A stretch of DNA of 64,000 bases from Balanoglossus misakiensis (Eukaryota; Animalia; Hemichordata), in assembly GCA_040954595.2 (NCBI GenBank), contig CM082594.2, positions 1,568,247-1,632,246 on the forward strand, given 5' to 3'. The notes beneath the pieces are model-generated. The model was not told the origin of the DNA and searched no databases. It saw only the letters and a program-made list of their open reading frames with translations. Below, one piece after another: positions 23,826 through 36,507 of this stretch (the stretch's first letter is position 1; each line of letters opens with the position of its first letter). The position numbers and the translations under genes were made by a program.

Positions 23826-26800
23826 GTGCATGGAACGATTCTCCAGCCCAACAGAGACGGGGGTGCAAGTGACATAAATGGGAATGTTGATAAAGAAAAC
23901 AAAAGTTCATCAAGGAAAGCATCAGCTATGAAAAGGTATAGACAAGGACTGAAAGAAAACAAGGAGAAGTATCAAGAGTACAAAGAGAAGAATTGTGAAA
24001 GATCAAAAAACTACAGACAAAATTCAACTGAAAAACAAAAAGAAAGGCAGAGAGAATTGGCAAGACTCCGAATGAGGAAATATAGAGCACGGAAGAAGTT
24101 AGAGCCACTATTCAGTCAAGAAGCTAGCACATCCAAAATGCAACCATTTACTAGGCTAGGTCAACAGAAACAGGAGAAGAGGAGAGAATACTGGCGAGAA
24201 ATGAAAAGAAGAGAAAGAGCTCACATGTCTTCCCAAAAAAGAAGAAGAGTAAGAGAGAAAGATGCCCTAATGAAGAAACAGAAACGAGAAAAAATAAACC
24301 AAGCAAAGAGAGCAAAAGAAGAGAAAATGAAGAAACGAGCGAGTACCAATTCTGGATATATTAAGGACTGTACAAGAAGAAAAGCTGTCAATAGAATGAA
24401 ATCACGTCTCCCCAGTTCTCCAAAGAAGTACGCAGAAATTGTACAAGGTCTTGTTACAAATCTGTCTCCAAGAAAGAGGGCTGCAGTACAAGCTTTAGGG
24501 TTAGAGTCTGCTGAAGAAAAGAGGGAACTGGTTGGTATCTGTAAAACCCTGAGATCAACCTACAAGTCACTGGGCAAGAAAGGGGTAGCTCGAAGAACCT
24601 TTCTGATGGCACTTGCTAAAAGCACTAAAAGCAGGTACTGTCATAAACGAAGAGTAAGCGATCAACTTGGTATACGATGGCAGACCTTGGTTAAAGCCTC
24701 ATCCATCACTACTTTGGAGAAAAAGCAAAGATCTGATAGTGTGTCATGCATTGCTAAAACATCAATACACGATTTCTATATTCGCCCAGATGTGTCTGTT
24801 CAGTTACCAGGAAAAAACACTGTCGGTAAGAAGACATCGCTTCAGACTCATATTCTGAATAAATCGTTGAAAAACGTTCACAAGGAGTGGTCACAAGAAA
24901 ATCCAGAAAAACAAGTTGGGCTTTCCAAGTTCTGTGAATTGAGGCCAAAAAATGTCAAGGTTCAACAACACCGAAAACTTAACCAATGTTTATGTGAATA
25001 TTGTGTGAACATTTAGTTAAAGTTAAAAGAAATCAACAAATTGGCTACCAGATTCAACTTATCAGCAATGAGAATCAACAATAAGTATGATGCAGTTGAG
25101 ATGAGTCTTTGTGCAAAAGAAGCTGACAGCAGACACCATGATCTTGGCTGTATCAACAGAGCATGCCAGAAGTGTGGAGTCCAGCGTGTGAAAGACAAAC
25201 TAGAGCCATTATCATGTATAGAGAGACAAACCTGTTGGCTGAAATGGGAGAGTGTTAGTGTATCTGAGGGTCCAGAGAGTAAGAAGAAAAAGTGCCTTGT
25301 GCAAAAGACTGGCACCATTCGAGAACTAGTCAACGAGCTGTCAGAAGAACTGGTTTCCTTCAGTCGTCACATGTTCACCGCATACTGGCAATATGCACAG
25401 TTCAATAGTATCTCCAAAAATCCACCGCCTGATACTGTAGTGCTCTGCATGGATTTTGCAGAAAACTATACGTGCCAAATGCAAGATGAGATACAGTCTG
25501 CACACTGGAACCATACCCTGGTTACAATTCATCCTGTTATTGCATATTACAAAGATGGCAATGGTCAAGTGATCAGAGAGGCAGTGAATTTCATTTCCAG
25601 TGATCTAGTTCATGACAGCCATGCTGTTCAAAAGTTCACCGGGACTGTTTGTGAACATTTAAGAAATGTACGCAAGCTTGATGTGAAGAGACTTGTCATA
25701 TTTTCAGACGGATGTTCAAGCCAGTACAAATCCCGAACACCATTTGCAGATGTGTCATTTGCAGAACATGATGTCCAGTGTTCAATCGAAAGAAACTACT
25801 TTGGTTCACGTCACGGCAAGGGGCCATGTGACGGAGAAGGTGGCGTTATAAAGGCAGCATTATCTAGGGCAGTCAAAAATGGAGACTTCATACCTACCAC
25901 ACCACAGGCTGTATATGACTTTTGCGAGAAATCCTTGGCAAAAGAATCTGACTCAGAGACATTCAGACGTACCTTCTTTTGGACACCAACTGGTGACATC
26001 CAACGCAACCGGCCCGCTCGTATGGTTAAAACTGTCAAAGGGACTCGACAGTTGCACTCTGTCCGCAGTACTGGCATAATGTATACACTTCAAAGTAGAA
26101 ACTTGTCCTGTTACTGCAACCACTGCCTAGAAGGAGCCAATGGTTGTGAAAACCGAAGATGGGTGGATCCCTGGAGAATGCTGAAGCTATCCCCTTCAAT
26201 ATGTGCTGACACAGGTATTTTCTATACATACATATTAACTTACCTTATCAAAACTTTGAGTATACCTGGATCCACTGAACCATGTTAACCATTATAAATA
26301 TTGATGTGCCCTTCATAGAACTTGGAGATATTTCATTTTCAGTGGGAATGAATTTTATTGTTCAAACCAAGTAAAATGAACCATGATTTTGTTCCTCTGC
26401 CAAATCAGAATTGTATTGCCCAGTTGGTGGCTTGTGTTTGGTTAATCATGTATGTTAATGTTTTTCTCTTTCTGGCTGTTATTTCAGAATCTGCAGCTGA
26501 TTTCAGAAATGATAAGGAGACTGACCAGCTTGGTGAAGATGGCATTGAGACGGACTGTATTGAGACATCGTCATGTGTGGGCTATAACATTTGTGACTTC
26601 ATCCTGGCACGAGTTGAGAGTGCTCGGGGTAGACCACATATGTTTCTTGGGCAGGTATGTACAAATGTAAACATTCACAAATATACTCTTACTTCATTTT
26701 GATCTCAATTTAATCCTTTATCGTCAAGATATTTTTGCAGTAACATTTTGAAAGATGTAAGAAAATGTGGGTTTTAAGAAAATGAACTGTAAGGCTCAAA

Positions 26801-27088
26801 TCATGGCTTGTACATATTAGTAAACAAAATTAATATTTTTAATTGCCCAAACTTTTTTTATTCATGCAGATTGTCCAAGAAGACGGAAATCTATATCAAG
26901 TTAAATTCATGAAGAGGGTGTCCGAAGGCAAATATGTGTGGCCATCAAATGAGGATTTATCATGGGTGCCCAAGACAGAAATAATAACAACAATTAGTCT
27001 GAAATCACTGACTAATAGAGAACATTTCATGTTTGACTCTGATAAAATTAAAGCTGCATCAGAACTTGCAGAGATGGCTTTAGGTTAG
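23826..27088 (+). pseudogene. Sola2-like DDD transposase with one in-frame TAG (25014-25016) and two small 3' exons (~26489-26654, 26870-27088)
   Basis: ORFs 23826-25016 and 25041-26288 share a frame. Motifs FCELRPKNV, CLCEYCVN, MDFAENY, QDEIQSAHW, FSDGCSSQYKS, HGKGPCDGEGG, VKGTRQLH and SCYCNHC. Spliced tail YQVKFMKR..YVWPSNEDLSWV. Confidence 0.82.
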
Positions 27089-29415
27089 GTGCAAGTACTA
27101 TTGTATTGGTACCACTGATGTTTGAAAGTTTCATCACAGACAATGTAAACTTACCAGAATGTCATCAGGAGGCGTTGAGTACAATTGTAAAGTGTTCCTC
27201 TGGTGTTTGAAAAATCTTGTTATAAACAATGTAAACTTAGTTACCTAAATGTCGCAGTAGTACCGGACCGGGTTGAGTACTACAATGTCACATAACCCAG
27301 TGTTCCTCTGGTGTTTGAAAAATTTTGTTATAGACAATGTAAACTTACCAGAATGTCATCAGTAGTTCCAGGCCGGGTTGAGAACTATTGTGTTGTGTTC
27401 CTCGGATGTTTGAAGAGTTTCATTAGAGTCAATCTAAACTTACCTGAATTCTGTGTTTCTCAGACTAATGCATTAGGGTACTGTAAAATTTTTAACTGTT
27501 GATATAAGAAAATGACTGACTGTTAAGAGCAAACATTTGCAAACTTACCTTGGTGTTTTCTTTTGTACGGTATGTCCTTCAAAGGATTAGCAGTATCTTT
27601 AAAACATGTCTTGTTTTAAAAATTGTATGGACATAACAGTAAGCTATGTTGCATTGCATTTTGCATTCAGTGTTACCATACACCTAGTTGCTTTGACTGT
27701 GATCAGAACTGATCTGGTGGTGTAACTTACATGTGTTGGACAGATCGAGTCCAGTTATTGTGGTTAAAGTTACTGCATTGCATTGACAGTGAATAAATTA
27801 CTTGTTGTTTGGTTGAAACATGGTGGTTTTTTTCGTTGGTTGATATTCTGAGTATTCCTCTTCTTGGCCCAAATTAGGACTCAACCTACCTGCTATTATT
27901 ATGACCATACTGACTTGTTATTTTCAAATCTATAGTGTGAACAAGTTTCTACAGTGAACACTCAATTTTGAATTTTAAGGGCTTCCTCACACTTCATCCA
28001 GGCTTGGGACTGGCAAGTGCTTAAAGAAGAGTTGTTCAGAGAGAGCGAAAAAAAAGCATGGGAGCTAATAGGTCACTTTCATGACCCCTTAAGTGACCAT
28101 ACATCCTGGTATTTTTGGTGGTACATCATCATACAACATACCAATGAAAATACCTGGATGTAAGGTCACCTAGTGATTATGAAAGTGGCCAACTGCATTA
28201 CAAAAGAAAGGAAAACTGTAGGCAAGGTGCACTTGGCGTGGTTAAGCCCTAAGAGGATAAGCTGGTTGAGGTGACATTAGCTGTAACTTTGGCTATTTTA
28301 ATTTTAGTTCTGCATGCCTGCTACAGTTTATCACCCTTCATATAGCATGCTAAATACCTTGAACTCTGCCTGCCACACAGCCATGGCCAGTTTGTGTATA
28401 GTGACCATTATTATTACTGTTTGATAACTAATAATACTGACCGTACACATATAGACTGTGTTGATAAGCTTAATACTGGGTATTTCATCATGCTTCGTGA
28501 ATATGAACCAGAAACTGAAGTTAAAATATGAAAGGAAAATACAAAGTAGCCATAACTTACAGCTTGAAGACAGTGCATTACACAGGGCCCGGGTTAGACT
28601 TGAAAGCTGCATGCAGTGATTGATGCAAAGATGGGTGGAGTGGCAGCTATGGTGCATTATTAGAATTGGTTTACTGGATGTTTATAAATGTAGTATAACA
28701 TGGTAGAAGGCTAGGGAGAGCATTACAATGTCAAATTGATAATCATAAAACACTGCCACATCACTGTTACCTTTATTTCCAGTCCAGTGTTCGTGATGCA
28801 ACGAATTTGTATTCAATGCTGCTGCACGGATTGGAATATCATTCAAAATGTCTGTCCATGTTACGTATGTTACCAATAATGCTTAATTTTAGTGTTCAAA
28901 AGCAATAAAGAAATTCCAAATATAATTATCTCCCAAAATACTACAGTAACAAATCCTATACAATGTAATTAACTTATCCTTAGCAAAAGCTGTGCAAGTC
29001 ATTACATTTAAACCCCTCCAATCCAAACATTGTCTGTCAATGTTACACGCGTTGCCTTTGGTCATGACATCAGGTCAATCGATCGGTTCTACTGAAACCC
29101 TATGAATCAAGTTTATCTTTTAATATATATTTTCATAAGGTAGACCATCTGTCCTCTTTACCTGTATAACTTTCATACTCAAATTGAAAGTTTGAATTTT
29201 AAGGGTCAATGTCACACTTTTGGGTGCACTTTACTGTGGAATGACTCGCATATCTAATTCTAGGCGAACCAATAGGGCTAGAGGTCTGGTTTTTGTTGGA
29301 CCTGGACAAGTATGGGGTCAAAATTGTTTGCCCAAATTTTGGGTGACCACATATGACCTTTGACATTCGGCTTAAGCTTGTGCCCGTCATCGCTGCTTGC
29401 AGCTATATTTCTATA

Positions 29416-30027
29416 TGTGAGGATATAAAACCATAATTGTCGTGTGAGGGCGCTATAATTTGTGCGCATGCGCAGACAGTGTTTTTCTTGCTATAGTACA
29501 TGTACTTACCTTGTAACCCCGTCATTCGATCACTGAATTTCATCCGGAGCCATCCACTTTGTGGTGAGCGCTGCTACTTTGTACTTACCTTGTGAGATTC
29601 AACCACTGAATTTCATCCGGCGACATCCACTTTGTGGCCAGCATTGTTACTTTGATAACTACACATACTTGTTTGGTAAGATGTTATGTTTTTGTCAAGA
29701 GTAATTTGTAATATATTTCTTGTATTTATTTGATATTTGCTGCATTTCGGTACAGACAACTTTGTACATATGATGTTACACGTGGCGTCCATGTGCGTAC
29801 AATAATTTCAGTGAAAGTCTTATCTATTTTTGTCTGTAAGTTTGAATGTTCATAAAAAGTAATTTAGAGTTGTATTACATTGATTGATGAATCCAGCTTC
29901 ATTTAATATCGATATTTTCAGTAAATATGAACAGACTATTTCTGTATTCCGTGAAATGCATGGTTCTTGCTCAGCAACTTACACAGCGGTCTATTGTTTG
30001 TACAGGACAGTCGTACGAGCAGATTTG
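29416..30027 (+). repeat. 5' LTR, first part
   Basis: Matches 57262-57873 at about 99% by eye. Confidence 0.95.
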
Positions 30028-31086
30028 TATGGAGTGTAATTCATGCCAAAATTAGCACACAGCTTTTCGATGAGAGTATTCACTTTTCGATGAGAGTATT
30101 TGCGCTTTTCGATGAGAGTATTCACTTTTCCATCAGAGCACACAGCTTTTCCATCAGAGCACGAAGCTTTTCGATCAGAGAATTCACTTTTCCATCAGAG
30201 CACACAGCTTTTCGATCAGAGTATTCGCGCTTTTCGATCAGAGTATTCACTTTTCCATCAGAGTATTCGCGCTTTTCGATCAGAGTATTCACTTTTCCAT
30301 CAGAGTATTCGCGCTTTTCGATCAGAGCACACAGCTTTTCGATCAGAGTTACCACCCCTCTTTTCAATGAGATCACCCCAGACGCCCCAGTTCACCAAAG
30401 AGTTTTTACAAGTCGGCTCGCTGGCGTTTTGCTTACGTCACAACGCGTCATGTCTACGTCACATGACGTCACTGAAATTTCCCTGTAATTTATAGTAATA
30501 TGCTAGGGAGATCAGTAGACCGGAAGGTCAAACTCTGACTACACGCGCGCGCGCTTTTCATCATCAATCATGGCGACTCCAGGCTCCTGTTCAGCTGACA
30601 AACTTAGACGAGCCAGCAGACTAATGCAGATAGCGCAGAACCTCCTCGAAAGTTCTGATCCTGGTGCCGGTGGTTCTGCCAGCGAATCCGCCGGGGAGGC
30701 GACTGGAGCAAGTGGAGCTGGTCAAAGGCAGAGCTGGGCACATTCGCGTGCACCAGCAACACCGGGGGGTTCTTGCTCTATCGCACTTCTCAGCTAAACA
30801 AAGAACTGACACTGGTAACCATGCCAACCAGCGGCTATACAGTGCCGTACCTGAGAGATGAGTCTTCCCTTCGTTCTGCACTGGCTTACGTAAAGCCCCT
30901 TCAGAGAAACCTAGATAAAACCCCAATCCACACTCAAATAAAGGTGAGAATATTTTTTATTACATAAAGCCTGGAGTCTTATGTTGTTAGCAGTATCATG
31001 TTAGTACTGTTACCAGTTTGCGAAATAGTAATTTACCAATGATTTAACAAAGCAGGGTTTCAGTTCAAATATACAAGTATGTGTGA

Positions 31087-31254
31087 CAGTGTTTTTGCTA
31101 AGGTTGGGGAACATTGGTAATGGATTTGGGAACCCCGGTAACATTCCTATAACCCCCTAATATAACTACATTGATACACCCTGGGGAACCCCGGTAAAAT
31201 GACTGGGGAACTCCGGTAGATTTTACCTAGGTACCGCCCTTAACATAAACACTG
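31087..31254. mobile_element. Small hAT-like MITE in HECT intron 1
   Basis: CAGTGTTTTTGCTAAGG ... CCTTAACATAAACACTG, flanked by TGTGA on both sides. Confidence 0.6.
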
Positions 31255-31312
31255 TGTGACCATATTGCTGAGTAAGGCTGTACACATGGTAGTTATAAAT
31301 GTTTTGTTTTAA

Positions 31313-31653
31313 AGGGACAAAGTCTCTCTCTCACTGCCCCCTTTCCGTCAATTATGTTTGATACAAGGCACTGTCTGTGGTGATGAGCATGTGGATACAT
31401 GTATATAGTGAATCAATGTTCAACCAAACACAACTTCCATCCTAGACACGAGTGACAAAACTCGCCAAAATGAATAATCGGTGTTTACCCTTTATTCTTT
31501 TTGGCGAGATTTCTAATATCCTACAAAGTTGGTGGAAGTTGTGTGTGGTCAAATGTTGATTCACTATATATCCACATGTAGAATAACATAAATGGTGTCT
31601 TGTATCAATCATAATTAATTGAAAAAGGGACGCGAGAGAGAGACTTTGTCCCT
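31313..31653. mobile_element. Kolobok-like MITE at TTAA
   Basis: TTAA|AGGGACAAAGTCTCTCTC ... GAGAGAGACTTTGTCCCT|TTTAA; long internal inverted repeat. Confidence 0.7.
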
Positions 31654-34600
31654 TTTAATTAATGACCTACACCTTATAAAAAGATACAGTGCAGAAATAA
31701 CATAATTATTATTATATTTGTTTATTTAAAACTTTCTATTGTCTAATTGTTCAGTCCTGTGGGGGAAAAACAAACGTCAGCATATAACAATTTTTGGGTA
31801 ATTTTGTCAAAATATTTCAGCTGACCTTGCTCAGAAATAAGAGATCATGATCTGATCAGTTCAGTACAAAATTGTTGTTTTTGATATTCAACAGGAGAAC
31901 AATGAATCTGCCAAAGTAGCATGCATATTTTGCGGTGATGACATACCTGTTGGAGAAATGTCTGAACATAATAAAATCTGTGTTGCTGGTTCTGTATGTG
32001 ACCCTGACAGCCCATTTTCCAGTGAAGATGAAGAATGCAGTATTACATCAGTTCAAGCACAGGTACCTACCTATCTATATATCTATTTGTCTGTCTATTC
32101 TTATTGAAAAGGATGTATGTGTCATTTTTTTGAGAGAGATGGAGATAGCAGTATTGAAAGGAGCCTCTTCTAAAATATTATATCTCAAATAACACTCTAC
32201 TAATCATGTTTTATTTTTACAGTCTGATGCTAAAGTCCAAGCCCTGTGTGAAATTTTAGACAATGCAGTCACTAAGGCACAAGTTATTCAAGCACTGTTT
32301 GAGTGTGATGGTGATGCCAACAGAGCATTTTTTAAATTGTCAGGCTCTGGACAAGGTATGTGCTAGTAAATTTTTAGTATATTTGACAAATTTTAGTTGA
32401 CTATCAATCGCAAATCCTTATTGGTAATAGGAATGTATTAATTGGTATTGCTCAACTGCCTCTTTACCACCAAATAACTAAATGTCTTCCTGCACAAGTG
32501 AGAAGAGTGACTTTGTAGCTACTATTTTCCAAAATATTTTGACATTGCAATGTCAGTTGACATTGTATTCATTTTGAGGAAATTATGTTCTCTTCTTGTC
32601 AAATAGATACATGTGGTGCAGTTACTGTAGAGGAGTCTTTGCCAGGTCCAAGCACAAGTTCTAGCACAGATGACAGCAGTTGCATTATAGGTAAGTTTTT
32701 TTTAGATTTACCGTATTGACTGCGTTGAACAGGTGCTTATCATTTTTGGGCACTGTGGTTGTAAGCATGAAAACCATTGATCCAGTGTTATGATAAGATC
32801 TAAATCTGGTTAGGTTTTGGTGGGTGTGGCTTATTAATTAAATACTAATATGCATATTTTAAATGAATTGTGTGCTTGGTTATTTGTATAATTGTAATTT
32901 GTTCCTCTAATGCTTGAGAAGTGATTTCGGTGGATATTTGTAACTATGGGAGCAAAATGTTCTACCAAAACTTTGGGTGATCTTTGACCTACCTATTAAA
33001 TTTAGAAACTAAAAGAAGTACAGGGTTGAGACTTGGAAGGCACAGCATGGTAAATCATTTTTTAAAAATCCTGACTGATCAATTGGGCCTCCACAATGCT
33101 ACTACATGTAGTAGCTTTAATTTTGTCATATATTTCTGTACAAAATTTGCATTGTGACCCCATATACCATTCAATGTTAAACGAGTATGTTTTTCAGACT
33201 AGACCGTTAACAGGTGTAATTGTCGTAATGTTTGGTTTGCAAGTATTCTTATTGTATAATGTCGAAATTAGTGTGAAACTATAAATATTGTACTTTGGGG
33301 CAAATTTTTTTGTGAAATTTTTTTTCTAAAACTTTGAAACAGTTGAGTATTTTTTTCCATGGGATGAAAACCTGCTGAGATAGTGAGAATGACAAAACAG
33401 ATGTTTTGTTCTTTTTACAATTTTGTGGATTTGTATTTCAGGACCATTCGAGGATCCAGAAGAAAGATTACAGGAGTGGAGAAAACAGAATATACAGGAA
33501 GGCAGACCACCCCTTGTCTATTACAATAGAGACTCAAACACCCCCTTCCGACAACTGGTTGGAATATATAAAAGGGGTTTAAACCTTCACATCAGGCCAA
33601 CTAATCAGTTCATATCAGCAGGCGAAGAGGAACCTGCAGTAGATGCTGGTGGTCCAAGCTGCGAGTATTTCCACCTTGCTATGAAAACAATCACCAGTAA
33701 TACAGAAGAACCTCTGTTTGAAGGTGAAGTTGGACATTTACTGCCAACAATGAAACAAACTGTTATGAACCAAGAACTATTTGATTTAGCAGGGAAAATC
33801 CTTAGCCACTCCTTGTTACATGGTGGTTGTGGCATGAGAGGAATTGCTCCACCTATACAAACATATATTGTCACTGGTGATATGGATAAGGCTGCCTCGA
33901 AAGTTGTCATCGAAGATGTAGCTGATTATGATCTACGTGCGACACTGCAAAAGGTAATACAATTCTATAAGGATTTGATGAATCGAAGATTGTAATTAAC
34001 GTGTGATAGAAATAATGTGAATATTTGCTGTTTTATTATTTTTACAAATTTATGTGTGTAGCTCTTATTTACAGCCTCAGTATCTGCCACCTTTTGTTAT
34101 TTTGTTTTCGCTTTTTTTGTTTTCTTCTTCTACTGTACTCCTGAAAACATGTTGAAAGACTTAGTATTCAGCTTGTAAACTCAGCCGGCAAATGTGTAAG
34201 CTGCATTGTTATTGTTGACAAGTGAATTGTAGTCTGGACTAAAATTACAATGTCAACACTAACAATGCAGCTTACAAGTATAGGTGCTATGTTGACAAAT
34301 TAAACAGTCCCATATTCAGGCAGTTGTCAGTTCAGAGCATACTGTTGGTTCAGAGAATTTTCTCCATTGAGAAATTGACAGGAAAGGTACTTGACCTCAT
34401 GACAGCCTTGTTGTGGTCGTGCACCATTAAGTAATATCTTTAGGTTATTTGGGGTAGCATCAACCAAGCTCTCTGCAAAAGAACATCATACACAGGCAGG
34501 TCACATAGAAAACAAGAAAAGTTAGAATTTATTGTTCATGTACATGTATCAACATAATATGGTATAAACGATATTTCTGTGTCTATTCCCTACATGGGTG

Positions 34601-36395
34601 TATACATGTACTTTTCTTCAAATACTGTCCATATTTGACTAGTACACGGTCACAGCCTTTTAAGTGACTTTTGTATACATTTTTAATAGGTGCTGAATGC
34701 TACAGAAGATGAGCTGAAGGACCTTGGGTCATCCCTTGTTGATGTGTTGGCTTCCTCTGGGGCTTCACATTTTAACATCAACATTGGAAACAGAGACATC
34801 TTGGTCTATGAAGTTATGCACCATCATGTTCTGCTTGGACGAAAGATACAGCTAGACCAGTTCCGGAGAGGTTTGAATTCAATGGGCCTTCTGAGAATTG
34901 TTCAAAACGAAGAGAAGTTAAGCAGCCTTCTCTTTCCCAAAGAAGACCAGATTACATTTGATGTTTTAAAACCTAAGGTGGTGCTCAAAGAAGATGAAGC
35001 TATGGATACAGATGGGAAAAAGAAAGTGTTTGACTACTTTCTTCTCTATCTTGAAGAAAAGTGCAAATCAGAAGGTATATATGCTGTTATTATTTGTGTT
35101 ACAATTGCAGGCGAGAAGTCAAACAAAGTAGAGTAAATAGTAGAATGTCAAATTTAGAATTGTATTTCCATGTCTTTTTTTTGCAAATTACCCTAAAACT
35201 TCTACTAGCAAAATACTTGGATTCATGACTGTGTGTGTGTGGAGGGACCGTGATATAATATACTGTACAGTGAATGTAAGTGGAGTCAAGATGAAAGTCC
35301 TACATGTACTCTTAAAATAGTATAATTTCATAATGCAATAATTTGAGTATTATTTCAGGTTTACACAGATTTTTACCATATGGCATTTCAAATCATTAGA
35401 CTAACAGAAAGCCATTTGATTCCATTGATAAGTATATAGACATTCTTCCCAGTGCTCATCTTGTGACATTTGGATTTGTTTTAGATGACAAGCCCAATGT
35501 ATATGATGTGATGCAGTTCATAACTGGGTACAGAGAAGTTCCATCAAACATCTACATCAAGTTCAGTACAGCCAGTGCAAAGCAGCTTCCAGACCCACGT
35601 GTCTGTACTGATGAGCTGATTCTTTCAGTTCACTTCGTGGACTACAAGGACTTTCAGAGATCTTTTGACAATACTGTATTATGCCAAGGAGTGGGCTTTG
35701 GATGTTACTAGTTAAGGACTTAACTCATTGACAGATGTTTACGTTGCTTATCTTAGACTGTAAGACACAGTCACACGCGGGTGCTCCACCTGATTTGTGC
35801 ATGACATAATTTACATGTCATTAGGGTGAAAATCCCTATACTTGCTGCCAGGAAACTTATATAGATTGTAGGGATTGTAACACACCTCATCCAAAGTCTG
35901 TGTTCTCATTCATCAATTGATAGTCACATGGCATGCATTCTTTTTGTGCTGATCCATATAAAACTATGTCATCAGTCATCAGTTGTTGGAACTGTTGCCC
36001 GCCAAAAAATGATGCCCCCTCATTTCAGAAACTATATATTGCGCATGCACGAAATGGAAAGTAAACAAAGATGGGGAACTATAGTCGAGAAATTTCACCA
36101 TAGTCTTGGTGTATCGTGAGTTCTTATCCGTAGCTGTGGATGAGATGTTACAAAACACTCGGCCTCGGGAAACAGTCCGTTTTAGGGGGTGACTCACAGT
36201 CCCTTGGGTTACAGACGTATGCTGATGCCCTCATGGCCAGTCAACATATGCATATTATAGCTCGGCATGCAGCAAACCGTGATTCGTCAATACGCCGTCA
36301 CGTGACCTTAGTCATTTCGAGCTGTTCCCTAGAGCATCAGTTTGATCGGTTTCTGCCAGGTACTGTTGTCTAGATGTGGTGTTTGGTGTGTTATA

Positions 36396-36507
36396 AAACA
36401 CATGATGACTGACATATTCGGGCAACAGTTTTTGATGACCTCGGGAAAACACGCCTTCGGTCATCAAAATACACTGTTGCCCGAATATGTCAGTCATCAT
36501 GTGTTTA
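36396..36507. repeat. Palindromic miniature element
   Basis: AAACACATGATGACTGACATATTCGGGCAACAGT ... ACTGTTGCCCGAATATGTCAGTCATCATGTGTTT. Confidence 0.8.

Larger units (their letters stand above)
21462..29247 (+). mobile_element. Sola2-like DNA transposon, 7.8 kb
   Basis: TIR GAGTCATTCCACAGTAAAGTGCA / TGCACTTTACTGTGGAATGACTC. It interrupts the satellite word ATGTGCATATCTAATT with GCAT duplicated (3 extra nt, GAT, on the left). GAG termini and a 4-bp TSD fit Sola2. Confidence 0.8.
30570..35711 (+). pseudogene. 7-exon HECT-type (G2E3-like) E3 ubiquitin ligase gene with C2HC Zn finger and UBA/CUE-like domain; exons 30570-30943, 31895-32062, 32223-32355, 32607-32690, 33442-33953, 34690-35074, 35485-35711; frameshift/deletion in exon 1
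   Basis: All six introns are GT-AG and phase-compatible. HECT motifs EPAVDAGGPSCEYF, LAGKILSHSLLHGG, QLDQFRRGL, VMQFITG, LPDPRVCTDEL (catalytic Cys) and terminal GFGCY. Also CIFC-x11-HNKIC and VQALCEIL...VIQALFECDGDANRA. Confidence 0.85.

Noticed and set aside
25014-25016. Programmed stop-codon readthrough in the Sola2 transposase
   Set aside because: A single TAG in a copy that also has a frameshifted F-box gene is more simply a nonsense mutation; no readthrough context seen.
30060-30350. CRISPR-like short repeats and overlapping repetitive ORFs (also 45614-45960)
   Set aside because: No unique spacers; they are mirrored subterminal repeats of the TIRs in eukaryotic DNA, and the ORFs are repeat translations.
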